Origin: Bacteroidota bacterium
Lineage (GTDB): Bacteria; Bacteroidota; Bacteroidia; Palsa-965
Length of the DNA: 64,000 nt
NCBI GenBank assembly: GCA_006218065.1
Contig: VBWE01000014.1
Location: 1,618-65,617, forward strand
Direction of reading: 5' to 3'
The notes under the pieces were generated by a model. The model did not search any database. It saw only the letters and a list, made by a program, of their open reading frames with translations, and was not told the origin of the DNA. Position 1 is the first letter of the stretch. Every line of letters begins with the position of its first letter. Positions 47,817-57,807 of this stretch are shown piece after piece. Both the position numbers and the translations under genes were made by a program.

Positions 47817-48313
47817 AAACCGATACAGCTAAATTCAGCGCGATCATTTCGCCGGAACTTTCGATCGTCGAATTCGAGCCGCAGCACGGCAAAGCATTCC
47901 GCGACCTTAACGTGGCCTGGATCACAAAAAGTTTCTGGATGGAAGAATCGGACGAGATCGTGCTCAGCAATCCCGAAAAACATATCCTCGAACCGGGCGG
48001 ATCCATCCTCCTGGCGAATTACAAAAATCAGATCGTCGGGACCTGTGCGCTGATGTACGAAGGACACGGCATTTACGAACTCACCAAAATGGCAGTGGAT
48101 GAAAATCTGCGCGGACTGAAGATCGGCTTTCACCTGGGCGTATGCACGCTGCAGAAAGCAAAACAACTCGGCGCAACCAAAGTGATCCTGCACTCGAATA
48201 CCAAAGGTTCGGCCGCCGCGATCCAACTGTATTTCAAACTGGGCTTTCGTGAAGTCCCGCTCGGGGATGCGCCCTGGGCGAGAGCGGATATCAAGATGGA
48301 AATTGATCTTTAA
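47813..48313 (+). CDS. GNAT-family N-acetyltransferase.
   Basis: QIVGTCAL…RGLKIGFHL is acetyl-CoA binding motif A. The ATGA overlap with the MarR gene indicates coupling. Confidence 0.75.
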   Translation: MKTDTAKFSAIISPELSIVEFEPQHGKAFRDLNVAWITKSFWMEESDEIVLSNPEKHILEPGGSILLANYKNQIVGTCALMYEGHGIYELTKMAVDENLRGLKIGFHLGVCTLQKAKQLGATKVILHSNTKGSAAAIQLYFKLGFREVPLGDAPWARADIKMEIDL

Positions 48314-48540
48314 CAGATTGTATAAAACGAAGTTCCTTTAAACCGACAGTTTTGTGATCGTATGCACTTACTTCAGTTGGCAGTTTTGAACGCATTAACG
48401 CGGAAGTATTCAAAAGTTTTGACGACATCCCTGTAATACCAAGACTGCTACTGCCACTGCCGACTGCCGCTGGATCTACTCCGACGTATAGCAACGGTTT
48501 TCCTGTAAAACAGTTCTGCGGAGGAGTTTTAAACAGTCGT
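48311..48540. mobile_element. MITE-like element copy B. It is inverted relative to copy A and more decayed.
   Basis: The reverse complement aligns with 38226-38458 across about 230 bp. Confidence 0.6.
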
Positions 48541-48544
48541 TAAA

Positions 48545-50026
48545 TCAAACCGGTTTTACACTCTGCCCGTGCCGGATCGTATTTTCCGGGTCGTATTTTT
48601 TCTTCACCTGCTGCAGGCGTTCGTAATTTTTACCGTAATACGCGTGCCCCGGATCTTCAAAATCGAGGTTGGCGTAATTCACGTAGTGCGCGGTCATGTT
48701 GTTTTCTTTTACCAGCTGCTGCACGGAGTTGAATTTCGCCAGTTGGTTTTGCCCGCCGCCCGCATTTTCCCAGTAAATCTGCAATTCCGAAAGGAATGGT
48801 TTAGCGCGATGCGGGAAGCAGGAATTTTTTTCCAGTTCCGCGTCCGAAATTTTTCCGCCGATGGTTCCCAACTGGTAAATCATGCCCGGCGACTGGGTAA
48901 CGATAGCGAGCAGTTCGGCGGCGAACGGTCGGATTTCTTCGTAATCTTTATAAACGCCCGCCGAAGAAATTTTGAAATAGATCGGTTTATCGTACCCGTA
49001 ATAATTTTTCAGCGCTTTGGAAAGCGTAACCGGGTTGCCGGCCGTGGCTTTGTCGCTGACCGCAGCAAGCGCATCGAAAACGGATTGAACCTGCGGCGTA
49101 TGTTTTTCATAATTCGTCAGCAGGATCGTCAGCGATTTCCCATTGAGCACAAAAGCGGAGTAGCAGGAGTCCGGTAAAATAACGGCCACTTCCATCCACT
49201 TTTCCAGCAAGGTATTTGCGCGTGCGGCATCGAGCCCGGCGGATTTGAACCGGTGACTGGTAAACGTTTCCGGTGCGGGATAGGTTTTAAAAACCATTTC
49301 CGTCACCACGCCGAAATTTCCTCCACCCCCGCCGCGGCAGGCCCAGAGCAGTTCCGGTTCGTTATCCGAATCGTGGATTTTTCCCTGGCCGTCAACCAGC
49401 GTTACTTTCATCAAACTGTCGCAGGTCAGTCCGTATTTCCTGCCGAAGAACCCGTAACCCCCGCCCGTGGCCAGCCCGCCGATGCCCACCGTGCCGCACG
49501 ACCCGGCGGGAATGATCCGCTTTTCCGGCAGCAGTTCGTCGTACAGTTTCGAAAGCGTGCAGCCCGGACCGATCTTCACGGTTTCTTCGTCCAGCCATTC
49601 GATTCCGTTCAGTTGCGAAAGATTCACCACCATGCCGCCGGTATTGCACGAAAAACCTTCCACGCTGTGCCCGCCGCTTTTCACGGCCACCGCGAGTTTG
49701 TTTTCCGCAGCGTAACGGATCGCTTCGGCCACATCCGCCGTACTTTTGCAAAGCGCGATGACGAGCGGGTATTTATCCACGTTTTTATTAAAACCCTGGC
49801 GCAGCGGATCGTAAAGCGGATCGCCTTTTTTTATGAAGGTTACGTTTTGCTCCCCTGCAGCCGCAGTTGCATTTACCGCCGGAACGGAATCCTTCGCCGG
49901 CGCGGGACTGCCCGTTTTTTGCTGTTTCGGTTCCTCGCCCGAAGAACCGCAGGCCGCCAGCAGCAACCCCCCGCCGCCCAGCGCCCCGATCCGGATAAAA
50001 TCCCTCCTGGTCAGTTTGTTTTTCAT
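48545..50026 (-). CDS. FAD-linked oxidase of the berberine-bridge/PCMH-type family, TAT-exported lipoprotein.
   Basis: MKNKLTRRDFIRIGALGGGGLLLAACGS is a twin-arginine signal with a lipobox. VAVKSGGHSVEGFS is the covalent-FAD His motif. The ORF frame is open to 50068. Confidence 0.8.
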   Translation of the reverse strand: MKNKLTRRDFIRIGALGGGGLLLAACGSSGEEPKQQKTGSPAPAKDSVPAVNATAAAGEQNVTFIKKGDPLYDPLRQGFNKNVDKYPLVIALCKSTADVAEAIRYAAENKLAVAVKSGGHSVEGFSCNTGGMVVNLSQLNGIEWLDEETVKIGPGCTLSKLYDELLPEKRIIPAGSCGTVGIGGLATGGGYGFFGRKYGLTCDSLMKVTLVDGQGKIHDSDNEPELLWACRGGGGGNFGVVTEMVFKTYPAPETFTSHRFKSAGLDAARANTLLEKWMEVAVILPDSCYSAFVLNGKSLTILLTNYEKHTPQVQSVFDALAAVSDKATAGNPVTLSKALKNYYGYDKPIYFKISSAGVYKDYEEIRPFAAELLAIVTQSPGMIYQLGTIGGKISDAELEKNSCFPHRAKPFLSELQIYWENAGGGQNQLAKFNSVQQLVKENNMTAHYVNYANLDFEDPGHAYYGKNYERLQQVKKKYDPENTIRHGQSVKPV

Positions 50027-50099
50027 TGTCCGAAATATCGGAAATCGTTTTTTAACAAAAGGCCCCATTACGAAGACTCCTTTAAACAGACTTCGCTAA

Positions 50100-50205
50100 C
50101 CGTTTAAAAGAATCTCCGCAAGTCGTTTAAAAGAGTCTCTGCAAGTCGTTTAAAAGAATCTCCGCTAGTCGTAGACTGAGTCTACGACTCCACCACGACT
50201 TATGG
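50100..50205. promoter_or_regulatory. Divergent promoter region with three 22 bp tandem repeats (AAGTCGTTTAAAAGAATCTCCGC) followed by a palindrome (AGTCGTAGACTGAGTCTACGACT).
   Basis: The repeats and palindrome are directly visible in the sequence. Confidence 0.5.
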
Positions 50206-50255
50206 ACCACCCTTCTTTCGTTAACTTTACCATAATCTTTTTTTAACTTCGTCAG

Positions 50256-52343
50256 ATGAAGCATTTTCTACCCCTGTTTGGCCTGCTCCTGGTTTGTTCC
50301 GGGACTTTTGCCCAAACTTTTCCCGGCAGTGGCGGCCTGGTTCCTGATGACGGTTCGGTAAACGATTATCCTGCGACGGTGAGCGGTCTTAGTCCTGCCA
50401 CAATCGATACGGTGAACTTCGGACTGGAAACCGTTTGCGTGAACATTACGCATACCTGGAATTCGGATCTCGATGTGCGGCTGGTGGCGCCTGACGGAAC
50501 GGAAATTATCCTGTTCAGCGGCGTGGGCGGAAGCGACGACGATTTTACAAATACCTGCCTGAATTCAAACGCAAGTACTTCTATACTTTCCGGCACGGCC
50601 CCGTTTACGGGAACGTTCAAACCGCAGGGGCAGATGGGCTACGTGAACAACGGCCAGAACGGAAACGGAACCTGGAAACTGCGCATCACCGATACGTATC
50701 CCGCCGACCAGGGCAACCTGCTCAGCTGGAGCATCACCTTCGGAAATAACCCGGCGACGTACAGCGCGTTTACCAGTTCCAATTTACCGCTCGTGATCAT
50801 TAACACGGGCAACCAGTTTATTCCCGACGATCCGAAGATCATGGCCGATATGGGTATCATTTACAATGGCCCCGGCATCCGCAATTACATGACCGACCCG
50901 CATAACAATTACAGCGGGAAAATCGGTATTGAAACGCGCGGCTCGAGTTCGCAGGGCTTTCCGAAAAAATCGTACGGCATTGAATTGTGGGACGTGAACG
51001 GAAATTCCATCGACTCGTCGCTCATCGGTATGCCGAAAGAAAGCGACTGGATTCTCAGCGCCAACTATTCCGACAAATCGCTGCTCAACAATACGCTCGC
51101 GTATCACCTGTTCACGCAAACGGGACATTACGCCACACGCCACCAGCACGTGGAACTGGTGATCGACAGCATTTACCGCGGAGTATATATCCTGATGGAA
51201 AAAATAAAACGTGACAACGACCGTGTCGATATCGCCAAACTCCAGCCGACTGATATTGCGGGAGACCAGCTTACCGGCGGATATATTATCAAGATCGACA
51301 AAGGAACCGGCAGCGGCGGCTCGGGCTGGAATTCGAATTACGCGCCGCTCGGCAGCACCAACGGGCAGCAGATTTTTTTCCAGTATGAATACCCGAACGA
51401 GATCGATATTGTTCCCCAGCAGCAGGCATACATCCAGGCGTACGTGGACAGTTTCGAAACCGCGCTGAACGGACCGAACTTCGCGAGCCTCACGGCGGGC
51501 TATTCCAAATACATCGACGTTACGTCGTTCATCGATTATTTGCTGCTGAACGAAATCAGCCGCAACGTGGACGGCTACCGGTTGAGTACGTACCTGTTCA
51601 AAGACAAGCTGAGTAACGGCGGTAAATTGTTCATCGGTCCGCCGTGGGATTACGATATCGCCTGGGCCAATGCGAACTACTGTCGCGGCGACGATGCAAC
51701 CGGCTGGGCGTATCGTTTCAATTACGATTGCAGCGGCGATTACTGGCAGATCCCGTTCTGGTGGGAACGTCTTTTGCAGGATCCGGTTTTCGCGAATCAT
51801 TTGCGCTGCCGCTGGGAAACGCTGAAGACGACGGAATACAGCATCGCTACCCTGCACGCGTATTGTGATTCGATGGCGATTTACCTGAACGAAGGCCAGC
51901 AGCGGAATTTCACCGAATGGCCGATCCTCGGTCAGTACGTATGGCCGAATCCTTCACCGATTCCGTCCACGTTCCAGGGAGAGATCGATGAACTGAAAAA
52001 CTGGATCAGCGCACGCTGGGCCTGGATGGATGCGAATATGCCCGGAAGCCTCGCCGGCTGCGACCTGGCCGTGCAAAGCGGAAATGCCGCCGCGGATTTC
52101 GTTTCGGTTTTCCCGAACCCGTTCCACGATCAGCTTACCTTGCAATTCAAACTGGAAACAGCGAGCGATGTAACGATTGTAATGTCCGACATCACCGGCC
52201 GGCAAATTTCGTTCGTCCGCGAAAAAATGAATGCCGGCGGCCAGGATTACAAACTGCCCGTGGAAAATATTTCGCCGGGAATTTATTTGCTCAGCGTCAG
52301 CGCGGAAGGCAGAACGTTCACAAAGAAAATCGTGCGGCAGTAA
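50256..52343 (+). CDS. CotH-family protein with an N-terminal proprotein-convertase P-like domain and a T9SS type A C-terminal domain (paralog 1).
   Basis: The product has a signal peptide. The P-domain pattern is IDTVNFGLETVCVNITHTWNSDLDVRLVAPDGTEI. CotH-like blocks are KSYGIELWD, VELVIDSIYRGVYILMEKIKRD and PPWDYDIAW. The C-terminal ...FPNPFHDQLTLQF…GIYLLSV…KIVRQ is a T9SS tail. Confidence 0.75.
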   Translation: MKHFLPLFGLLLVCSGTFAQTFPGSGGLVPDDGSVNDYPATVSGLSPATIDTVNFGLETVCVNITHTWNSDLDVRLVAPDGTEIILFSGVGGSDDDFTNTCLNSNASTSILSGTAPFTGTFKPQGQMGYVNNGQNGNGTWKLRITDTYPADQGNLLSWSITFGNNPATYSAFTSSNLPLVIINTGNQFIPDDPKIMADMGIIYNGPGIRNYMTDPHNNYSGKIGIETRGSSSQGFPKKSYGIELWDVNGNSIDSSLIGMPKESDWILSANYSDKSLLNNTLAYHLFTQTGHYATRHQHVELVIDSIYRGVYILMEKIKRDNDRVDIAKLQPTDIAGDQLTGGYIIKIDKGTGSGGSGWNSNYAPLGSTNGQQIFFQYEYPNEIDIVPQQQAYIQAYVDSFETALNGPNFASLTAGYSKYIDVTSFIDYLLLNEISRNVDGYRLSTYLFKDKLSNGGKLFIGPPWDYDIAWANANYCRGDDATGWAYRFNYDCSGDYWQIPFWWERLLQDPVFANHLRCRWETLKTTEYSIATLHAYCDSMAIYLNEGQQRNFTEWPILGQYVWPNPSPIPSTFQGEIDELKNWISARWAWMDANMPGSLAGCDLAVQSGNAAADFVSVFPNPFHDQLTLQFKLETASDVTIVMSDITGRQISFVREKMNAGGQDYKLPVENISPGIYLLSVSAEGRTFTKKIVRQ

Positions 52344-52447
52344 ATACTTAAAAAGAGCATTTGAACAAAAGACTCCTGATAAAAAGACTTCGCTAGTCGA
52401 CGACTCTGTCGTCGACTAGCAACGATCATGTTACAAGACTATTCACT

Positions 52448-54553
52448 ATGAAATTTTTTTTACACCCCCTTTGTCTTCTCTTTTTCTGTTCACCGGGTTT
52501 TGCCCAAACGTTCACAGGAACCGGCGGACCAATTCCGGATGTAGCGACTACCAATTTCCCGCTCACGGTTTCCGGCCTGAGCCCGGCTACGATCGATACG
52601 CTGAACTTCGGCCTCGAAACAGTTTGTGTAAATCTCACGCACACGTACGATAGCGACCTGGAACTGCGCCTCATCGCGCCCGACGGAACGGACGTACTGC
52701 TGAGCACGGGCAATGGCGGCGGAAACGACGATTACACGAATACCTGTTTCGATGTTTTTGCATCCACGCTGATCACCGCCGGCAGCGCGCCTTTTACCGG
52801 CACCTTCAAACCGCAGGGGCAGATGGGCACGGTAAACAACGGGCAGAACGGCAACGGAACATGGACACTGCGCATCATCGATATGGCCGGGCAGGACGTG
52901 GGCAACCTGCTCAGCTGGAACATCACTTTCGGAAATAATCCGGCTACATACCCGGGTTTCAACTCGACCGATCTGCCGCTGGTGATTATCAATACGAACA
53001 ACCAGTCGATCCCGAATGAACCGAAAATCGCCGCGACGATGAAGATCATCGATTACGGGACCGTGCTGCGAAATCACCCGAACGATATTCCGAATATTTT
53101 CAACGGGAATATCGGCATCGAGCGTCGCGGAAATTTCTCCGCATCGCTTCCGCAGAAACCGTACAATTTCGAAACGCGCGATTCACTCGGGCTCGAACTG
53201 GACACGGCTTTGCTCGGCATGCCTTCGGAGCACGACTGGTGCCTGATCGCCTGCTACAACGACAAATCGTTTTCGCGCAACACGCTGGCTTCGGATCTTT
53301 TTCAGAAGATGGGACATTACGCGCCGCGCTTCCGGTATTGCGAAGTGCTGCTCAACGGAAATTACGAAGGCATTTACATGCTCGGCGAACTGGTGAAGCG
53401 CGACAAGAACCGTGTGGATATTGCGAAACTGGATTCGACGGAAAACACCAGCCCGGATATCACCGGCGGATACATCACCAAGATCGATTACTGGGACAAC
53501 AACAATTCCTGGTTGCTGAATTACCACCCGGTCGATCACCAGAACCTGGATGCGCACATGGTGTACTATTATCCGAAACCGGATGACATCACGCCGCAGC
53601 AGAAAACGTACATCCAGCAGTTTTACAACGATATGGAAACCGCGCTCTACGGAAGCAATTTTGCAGACACGGCAAACGGTTACCGGAAATACCTGAGCAC
53701 GATTTCGTTTCTCGATTATTTTATCGTGAACGAGCTGGCGCGCAACGTGGACGGTTTTAAAAAGAGCCGTTTCTTTTTCAAGGAAAAAGACAACACAACT
53801 ACCGGTGCGCTCGGCAAACTGAAAGCCGGACCGGTATGGGATTTCGACTGGGCCTGGAATGATATCTGGGATTGTTCGTATTTCCAGGCGCAGGATGGTT
53901 CGGGCTGGTCGCACCTGATCAACGACTGCGGGCCGGATGTGAATTCGCCCGGCTATTATGTGCGCCTGTTGCAGGATACCACGTTTGCCAACGAGTTGCG
54001 TTGCCGCTGGGAACACATGCGCGGGCTGATGCTCGATACCGGCGCGATTTTCCAAACCATCGATTCGATCGCTTCGCGCGTGAACGAAGCGCAGCAAAGG
54101 CATTTTCAATTGTACCCGATTCTCGGGATCGTTACCGGTACGCCGGAAGTAAATCCGGCCTATAGTTTCGCCGGTGAAATCGATTCAATCAAAACCTGGA
54201 TCCTGCGCCGCATCAACTGGCTCGACGCGAATATTCCCGGGAACGCGATCAACTGCAGTTTCGTCGGTGTGCATGAAAATAATTTGTCACCCGGCAAACT
54301 GAGCGTTTATCCGAATCCGTTCAAAGAAAATTTCAGCATCGAAGCCGATCTCGAGATTGCCGGGGACGTGATTATTTTCATGACCGATGTGCTTGGCAAA
54401 ACCGTGATCGCTCCGCAGAAATTCACCGGCACGCACGGCCGGAATAAATTTGATTTCCGGCAGAAAGACGCTGAATACGGTGCGGGTGTTTATTTCCTGC
54501 ACCTGCAGAGCCCCGGCGGGCAAATTACCCGGCAGCTGGTAAAGATCAATTAA
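52448..54553 (+). CDS. CotH-family / P-domain / T9SS protein (paralog 2, about 55 % identical to paralog 1).
   Basis: It has the same architecture as paralog 1. The C-terminal ...VYPNPFKENFSIEA…GVYFLHLQ…QLVKIN is a T9SS tail. Confidence 0.75.
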   Translation: MKFFLHPLCLLFFCSPGFAQTFTGTGGPIPDVATTNFPLTVSGLSPATIDTLNFGLETVCVNLTHTYDSDLELRLIAPDGTDVLLSTGNGGGNDDYTNTCFDVFASTLITAGSAPFTGTFKPQGQMGTVNNGQNGNGTWTLRIIDMAGQDVGNLLSWNITFGNNPATYPGFNSTDLPLVIINTNNQSIPNEPKIAATMKIIDYGTVLRNHPNDIPNIFNGNIGIERRGNFSASLPQKPYNFETRDSLGLELDTALLGMPSEHDWCLIACYNDKSFSRNTLASDLFQKMGHYAPRFRYCEVLLNGNYEGIYMLGELVKRDKNRVDIAKLDSTENTSPDITGGYITKIDYWDNNNSWLLNYHPVDHQNLDAHMVYYYPKPDDITPQQKTYIQQFYNDMETALYGSNFADTANGYRKYLSTISFLDYFIVNELARNVDGFKKSRFFFKEKDNTTTGALGKLKAGPVWDFDWAWNDIWDCSYFQAQDGSGWSHLINDCGPDVNSPGYYVRLLQDTTFANELRCRWEHMRGLMLDTGAIFQTIDSIASRVNEAQQRHFQLYPILGIVTGTPEVNPAYSFAGEIDSIKTWILRRINWLDANIPGNAINCSFVGVHENNLSPGKLSVYPNPFKENFSIEADLEIAGDVIIFMTDVLGKTVIAPQKFTGTHGRNKFDFRQKDAEYGAGVYFLHLQSPGGQITRQLVKIN

Positions 54554-54744
54554 CTCAAATCAAGCGTTAGAAAATTATTCGATGCTGTATTCTTTCCGCT
54601 CAACAGGTTTCTAACGCTTAGATTTGAGAATCCTCCGATCCGAAGGATTCCTCTGGAAAGGAGTCCTTCGGACCGATAGCATCAGACCATAAAAAAATTT
54701 GTTTTATCGCTGATGCGTATTTCGGGATTGATGATCTTTGCGGA

Positions 54745-55041
54745 ATGGATACTCCGCTTCATGATTTCATGGATGTGCTCGGCGGTTCGGACGAAAACCT
54801 GTTTTACGCCGTGCAGTTTTCGTACAGCGGCAACAGCGAAAAAGCGCTGCGTGAGCTGAACTGGGCGCGGCATGAAGGTTACGTGGAATTTTATCGGATG
54901 AAAAACGGGGAGAAAGAAATCCTCGCCGATTTTGAAGTGGCCGATCTCGCACGGCACAGCGCCGTGCTTCCGCTTTCGATGGAAACGATGAAGGAAATTA
55001 TGATCGGGTTGACGGATAAAGGGATAAAGATGAATTCCTGA
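54745..55041 (+). CDS. Small hypothetical protein (98 aa).
   Basis: This is an ORF only. Confidence 0.35.
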   Translation: MDTPLHDFMDVLGGSDENLFYAVQFSYSGNSEKALRELNWARHEGYVEFYRMKNGEKEILADFEVADLARHSAVLPLSMETMKEIMIGLTDKGIKMNS

Positions 55042-55053
55042 CGCAGCAGTTTT

Positions 55054-56163
55054 TTACTTACTCTTTTCCTGCAACCCCTTCATAATCTCCGTCTGCCTGC
55101 GGATAGATGCTTTGTGCAGCAACTGGCACAGTTCCGCAACAATATCCTTATCAATGCCTAATTTTTCGCCGGTGGCGGTGCGCGTGCTTAAAATTTCGAG
55201 CCAGCGGTCGATCTGCAGGATAGTTACGTTATGCTCGTGCTTGAACTCGCCGATCTGTTCCACGATTTCCATCCGGCGCGAAAGGGCGCGCAGCAGGTCG
55301 TCGTCGATTTCGTCGATCACTTCGCGCAGCGTTTGAAGCATGTGCGTAAACTGCCGGTCGTCGGAAACGGCTTCGCGCACGACGAGTTCATCGAGAAATT
55401 TTTCCAGCTGCGCGGGTGTGATCTGCTGCTGTGCGTCGCTGAGCGCTTTATCCGGGTGGATATGCGTTTCAATCATCAGCCCGTCGAAATGCAGGTCGAG
55501 TGCGCGTTGTGCGGCGTCGTGCAGCAGTTCGCGCTTGCCGGCGATGTGGCTCGGATCGCAGATCACGGGCAGTTGCGGGAACTGGCTCTTCAGCCCGATC
55601 GGGATTTCCCAGAGCGGCGCGTTGCGGTACTGCGTGGGAATGGCCGTGGAAAACCCGCGGTGAATCGCAGCTAATTTTTTTATTCCCGCCCGGTTGATCC
55701 GTTCCAGCGCACCGATCCAGAGGTGGAGATCGGGGTTCACGGGATTTTTGACCAGCACGGGAATATCCGTTCCGGACAGCGCATCGGCAATTTCCTGCAC
55801 GGTAAACGGGTTCACGGTGGTGCGCGCCCCGATCCACAAAATATCCACGCCGTATTTCAGCGCGAGTTCCGTATGCTGCGCATTGGCGACTTCAACCGTG
55901 GTCAGTAAACCGGTTTCTTTTTTCACCTGCTGCAGCCAGCCGAGCGCTTCTTCGCCTTTTCCTTCGAATGCGCCGGGACGTGTGCGCGGTTTCCACACGC
56001 CTGCGCGGAACACGCTCGCTTTTCCCGATGCTGCAATGCCGCGCGCGGTCTGTATCACCTGGTCCGGGCTTTCTGCGCCGCATGGACCGGCAATCAGTAA
56101 TTTTTTCCAGCGCGGCGCGAGCCAGTCGTGTAAAGGAAGTATATCGAGATAAGGATCGCCCAT
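55054..56163 (-). CDS. Bifunctional 3-deoxy-7-phosphoheptulonate (DAHP) synthase / chorismate mutase.
   Basis: The N-terminal part is a KDSA/AroA-type TIM barrel (…IAGPCGAES…). The C-terminal part is a chorismate mutase type II helix bundle (TLREVIDEIDDDLLRALSRRMEIVEQIGEFK). Confidence 0.8.
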   Translation of the reverse strand: MGDPYLDILPLHDWLAPRWKKLLIAGPCGAESPDQVIQTARGIAASGKASVFRAGVWKPRTRPGAFEGKGEEALGWLQQVKKETGLLTTVEVANAQHTELALKYGVDILWIGARTTVNPFTVQEIADALSGTDIPVLVKNPVNPDLHLWIGALERINRAGIKKLAAIHRGFSTAIPTQYRNAPLWEIPIGLKSQFPQLPVICDPSHIAGKRELLHDAAQRALDLHFDGLMIETHIHPDKALSDAQQQITPAQLEKFLDELVVREAVSDDRQFTHMLQTLREVIDEIDDDLLRALSRRMEIVEQIGEFKHEHNVTILQIDRWLEILSTRTATGEKLGIDKDIVAELCQLLHKASIRRQTEIMKGLQEKSK

Positions 56164-56164
56164 A

Positions 56165-56632
56165 TTACCAGTAATTTTTCATCAGTTCTTTCGACCAGTC
56201 CGGCTGGCTGATTTTTGTCCGCGGTAAAAATTCCTGCATCACGGGTTTGATATCGAGTACCGGGGTTCCTGCAATCGCATCGAGTCCGCGCACATACAGC
56301 ACACGGCCCCGGTGTTCCAGTAATTCAACAATACACAGGCCGATTTTGTTCGGACGTGCTTTCCCGCGCTGTGCAAAAATACCCGTCTCGGGCCAGTTTT
56401 TATTTCCGCGTGGATGGCGGGCGCCGGTGCAGATTTCCTCCGCAGGAGCAAGATGAAAATAAAAAACGATCTCCAGGTGTGAAAAATCCGAGATACCCTG
56501 GAATGCTTCTTCCGGGAATTGGTCATCGAGTACAATTTTAGAAATCACTTCGCCCCAGTTGTCATCGGTCATTTCGGTTCGTGCCGAATGTACATGCGCT
56601 ACCGGGCTCATCAGGATTGGCGAAGGATTCAT
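56165..56632 (-). CDS. tsaA: TsaA/YaeB-family tRNA methyltransferase.
   Basis: …RPNKIGLCIVELLEHRGRVLYVRGLDAIAGTPVLDIKP… is the TsaA signature. Confidence 0.75.
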   Translation of the reverse strand: MNPSPILMSPVAHVHSARTEMTDDNWGEVISKIVLDDQFPEEAFQGISDFSHLEIVFYFHLAPAEEICTGARHPRGNKNWPETGIFAQRGKARPNKIGLCIVELLEHRGRVLYVRGLDAIAGTPVLDIKPVMQEFLPRTKISQPDWSKELMKNYW

Positions 56633-56841
56633 CCGGCAAATTTAGCGACAAAAAGGCGATACGGTTGTTGAGTAGTGGTTCCTTTTAAATGGTCCAAAAA
56701 AATTTACCGCAGAGGCGCAGGGAGCGCAGAGCCTGCCCACGGGCCATGGCCGCGGAGAGTCTGGAATTGCTCTGCGGATACTCTGCGCCTCAGCGTCTCT
56801 GCGGTGAAGCTTATACGGAAGGAATCCCGGTTTATTGCCTG

Positions 56842-57498
56842 CTAATTTTGCCGGGTACACACATCCGCTTTGAAAAGCCGGAAGATGCCGTGCGCTGCGC
56901 CGTAAATGGATCCGTCCACCGTTTCGTTCAGCGTGTGGCCGTTGGTATTTATACTTTCCTGGCGCCATTCGAAACAGGGATTGCCCGTAGTATCCGCTCC
57001 GGGCGGCGGGGTGGTGGTGGCCTGGTCTTCGTTGAAAATCTGGCCGGCGTAATGGTAGATATTCCCGGTACTGACTTCCAGGACTTCGGCCTCCATTTCA
57101 ATACCATAGCCGTTCAGATGGAACGTATAGGTATCCGGCGGATGCAGCATATTCCACAGCCAGCCGTTGTCTTCGTAGCAGTTTTCGGTGTACGATTCGG
57201 TGCGGGTGGTTTCGTAGGCGCGTACCGACCTGATCGTCATAATGTACTGCGCCACAGCGGAATCAGCCGGGTTGACCATCACCTCGTTCCAGAGAAAATT
57301 GAACGAAGGCAGCGTCATATTCCGCATGCGGGTAGTGTCGTACCCGTCCAGGTAATAGCATTCCGGGATAGTTTCGAGCGTGCAGTGAAAACCGTTCATA
57401 TTGACGTAAATGGTAACGGGCGTATGGATTTCACACTCTTTTGTGCAGCCGCTGAACAAGGCCAGAGAAGCCGTTACCGGCAGGAGCAGTTTTTTCAT
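56842..57498 (-). CDS. Hypothetical lipoprotein.
   Basis: MKKLLLPVTASLALFSGC is a lipoprotein signal. Confidence 0.6.
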   Translation of the reverse strand: MKKLLLPVTASLALFSGCTKECEIHTPVTIYVNMNGFHCTLETIPECYYLDGYDTTRMRNMTLPSFNFLWNEVMVNPADSAVAQYIMTIRSVRAYETTRTESYTENCYEDNGWLWNMLHPPDTYTFHLNGYGIEMEAEVLEVSTGNIYHYAGQIFNEDQATTTPPPGADTTGNPCFEWRQESINTNGHTLNETVDGSIYGAAHGIFRLFKADVCTRQN

Positions 57499-57807
57499 GG
57501 GATGAGGGTCATCAACCGGATAACGGGTACACGGTCCGAAGGGTTGGAATTGGTGGTAAAAAATGTTTAAAAAGCCCGAATTACCCTGATTTTACCCTGT
57601 TTTGGGTATGGATTTACCCGTATTTACGGGCGTTCTTTGTATCGTGAATACACCAAACATCCAGGCCCGGGACGCCCGTCCTGAAAACAGTTGCGAGATC
57701 TGCCCTTTTGCGGAGTTGCTGGCTGTAAACTGGAAGAAGAAAAAGAAGTGCTGCAAAAGCTGGAAGAAAGATAAGCGATGCGGCAAATGTCCCGCGCATT
57801 AGCCTCC

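Noticed and set aside
38226-48540. Composite transposon or genomic island delimited by the two inverted elements
   Set aside because: No transposase, integrase or tRNA is present in or next to the segment. The left copy interrupts, rather than bounds, the ter cluster, so I cannot support treating the segment as a transposon.
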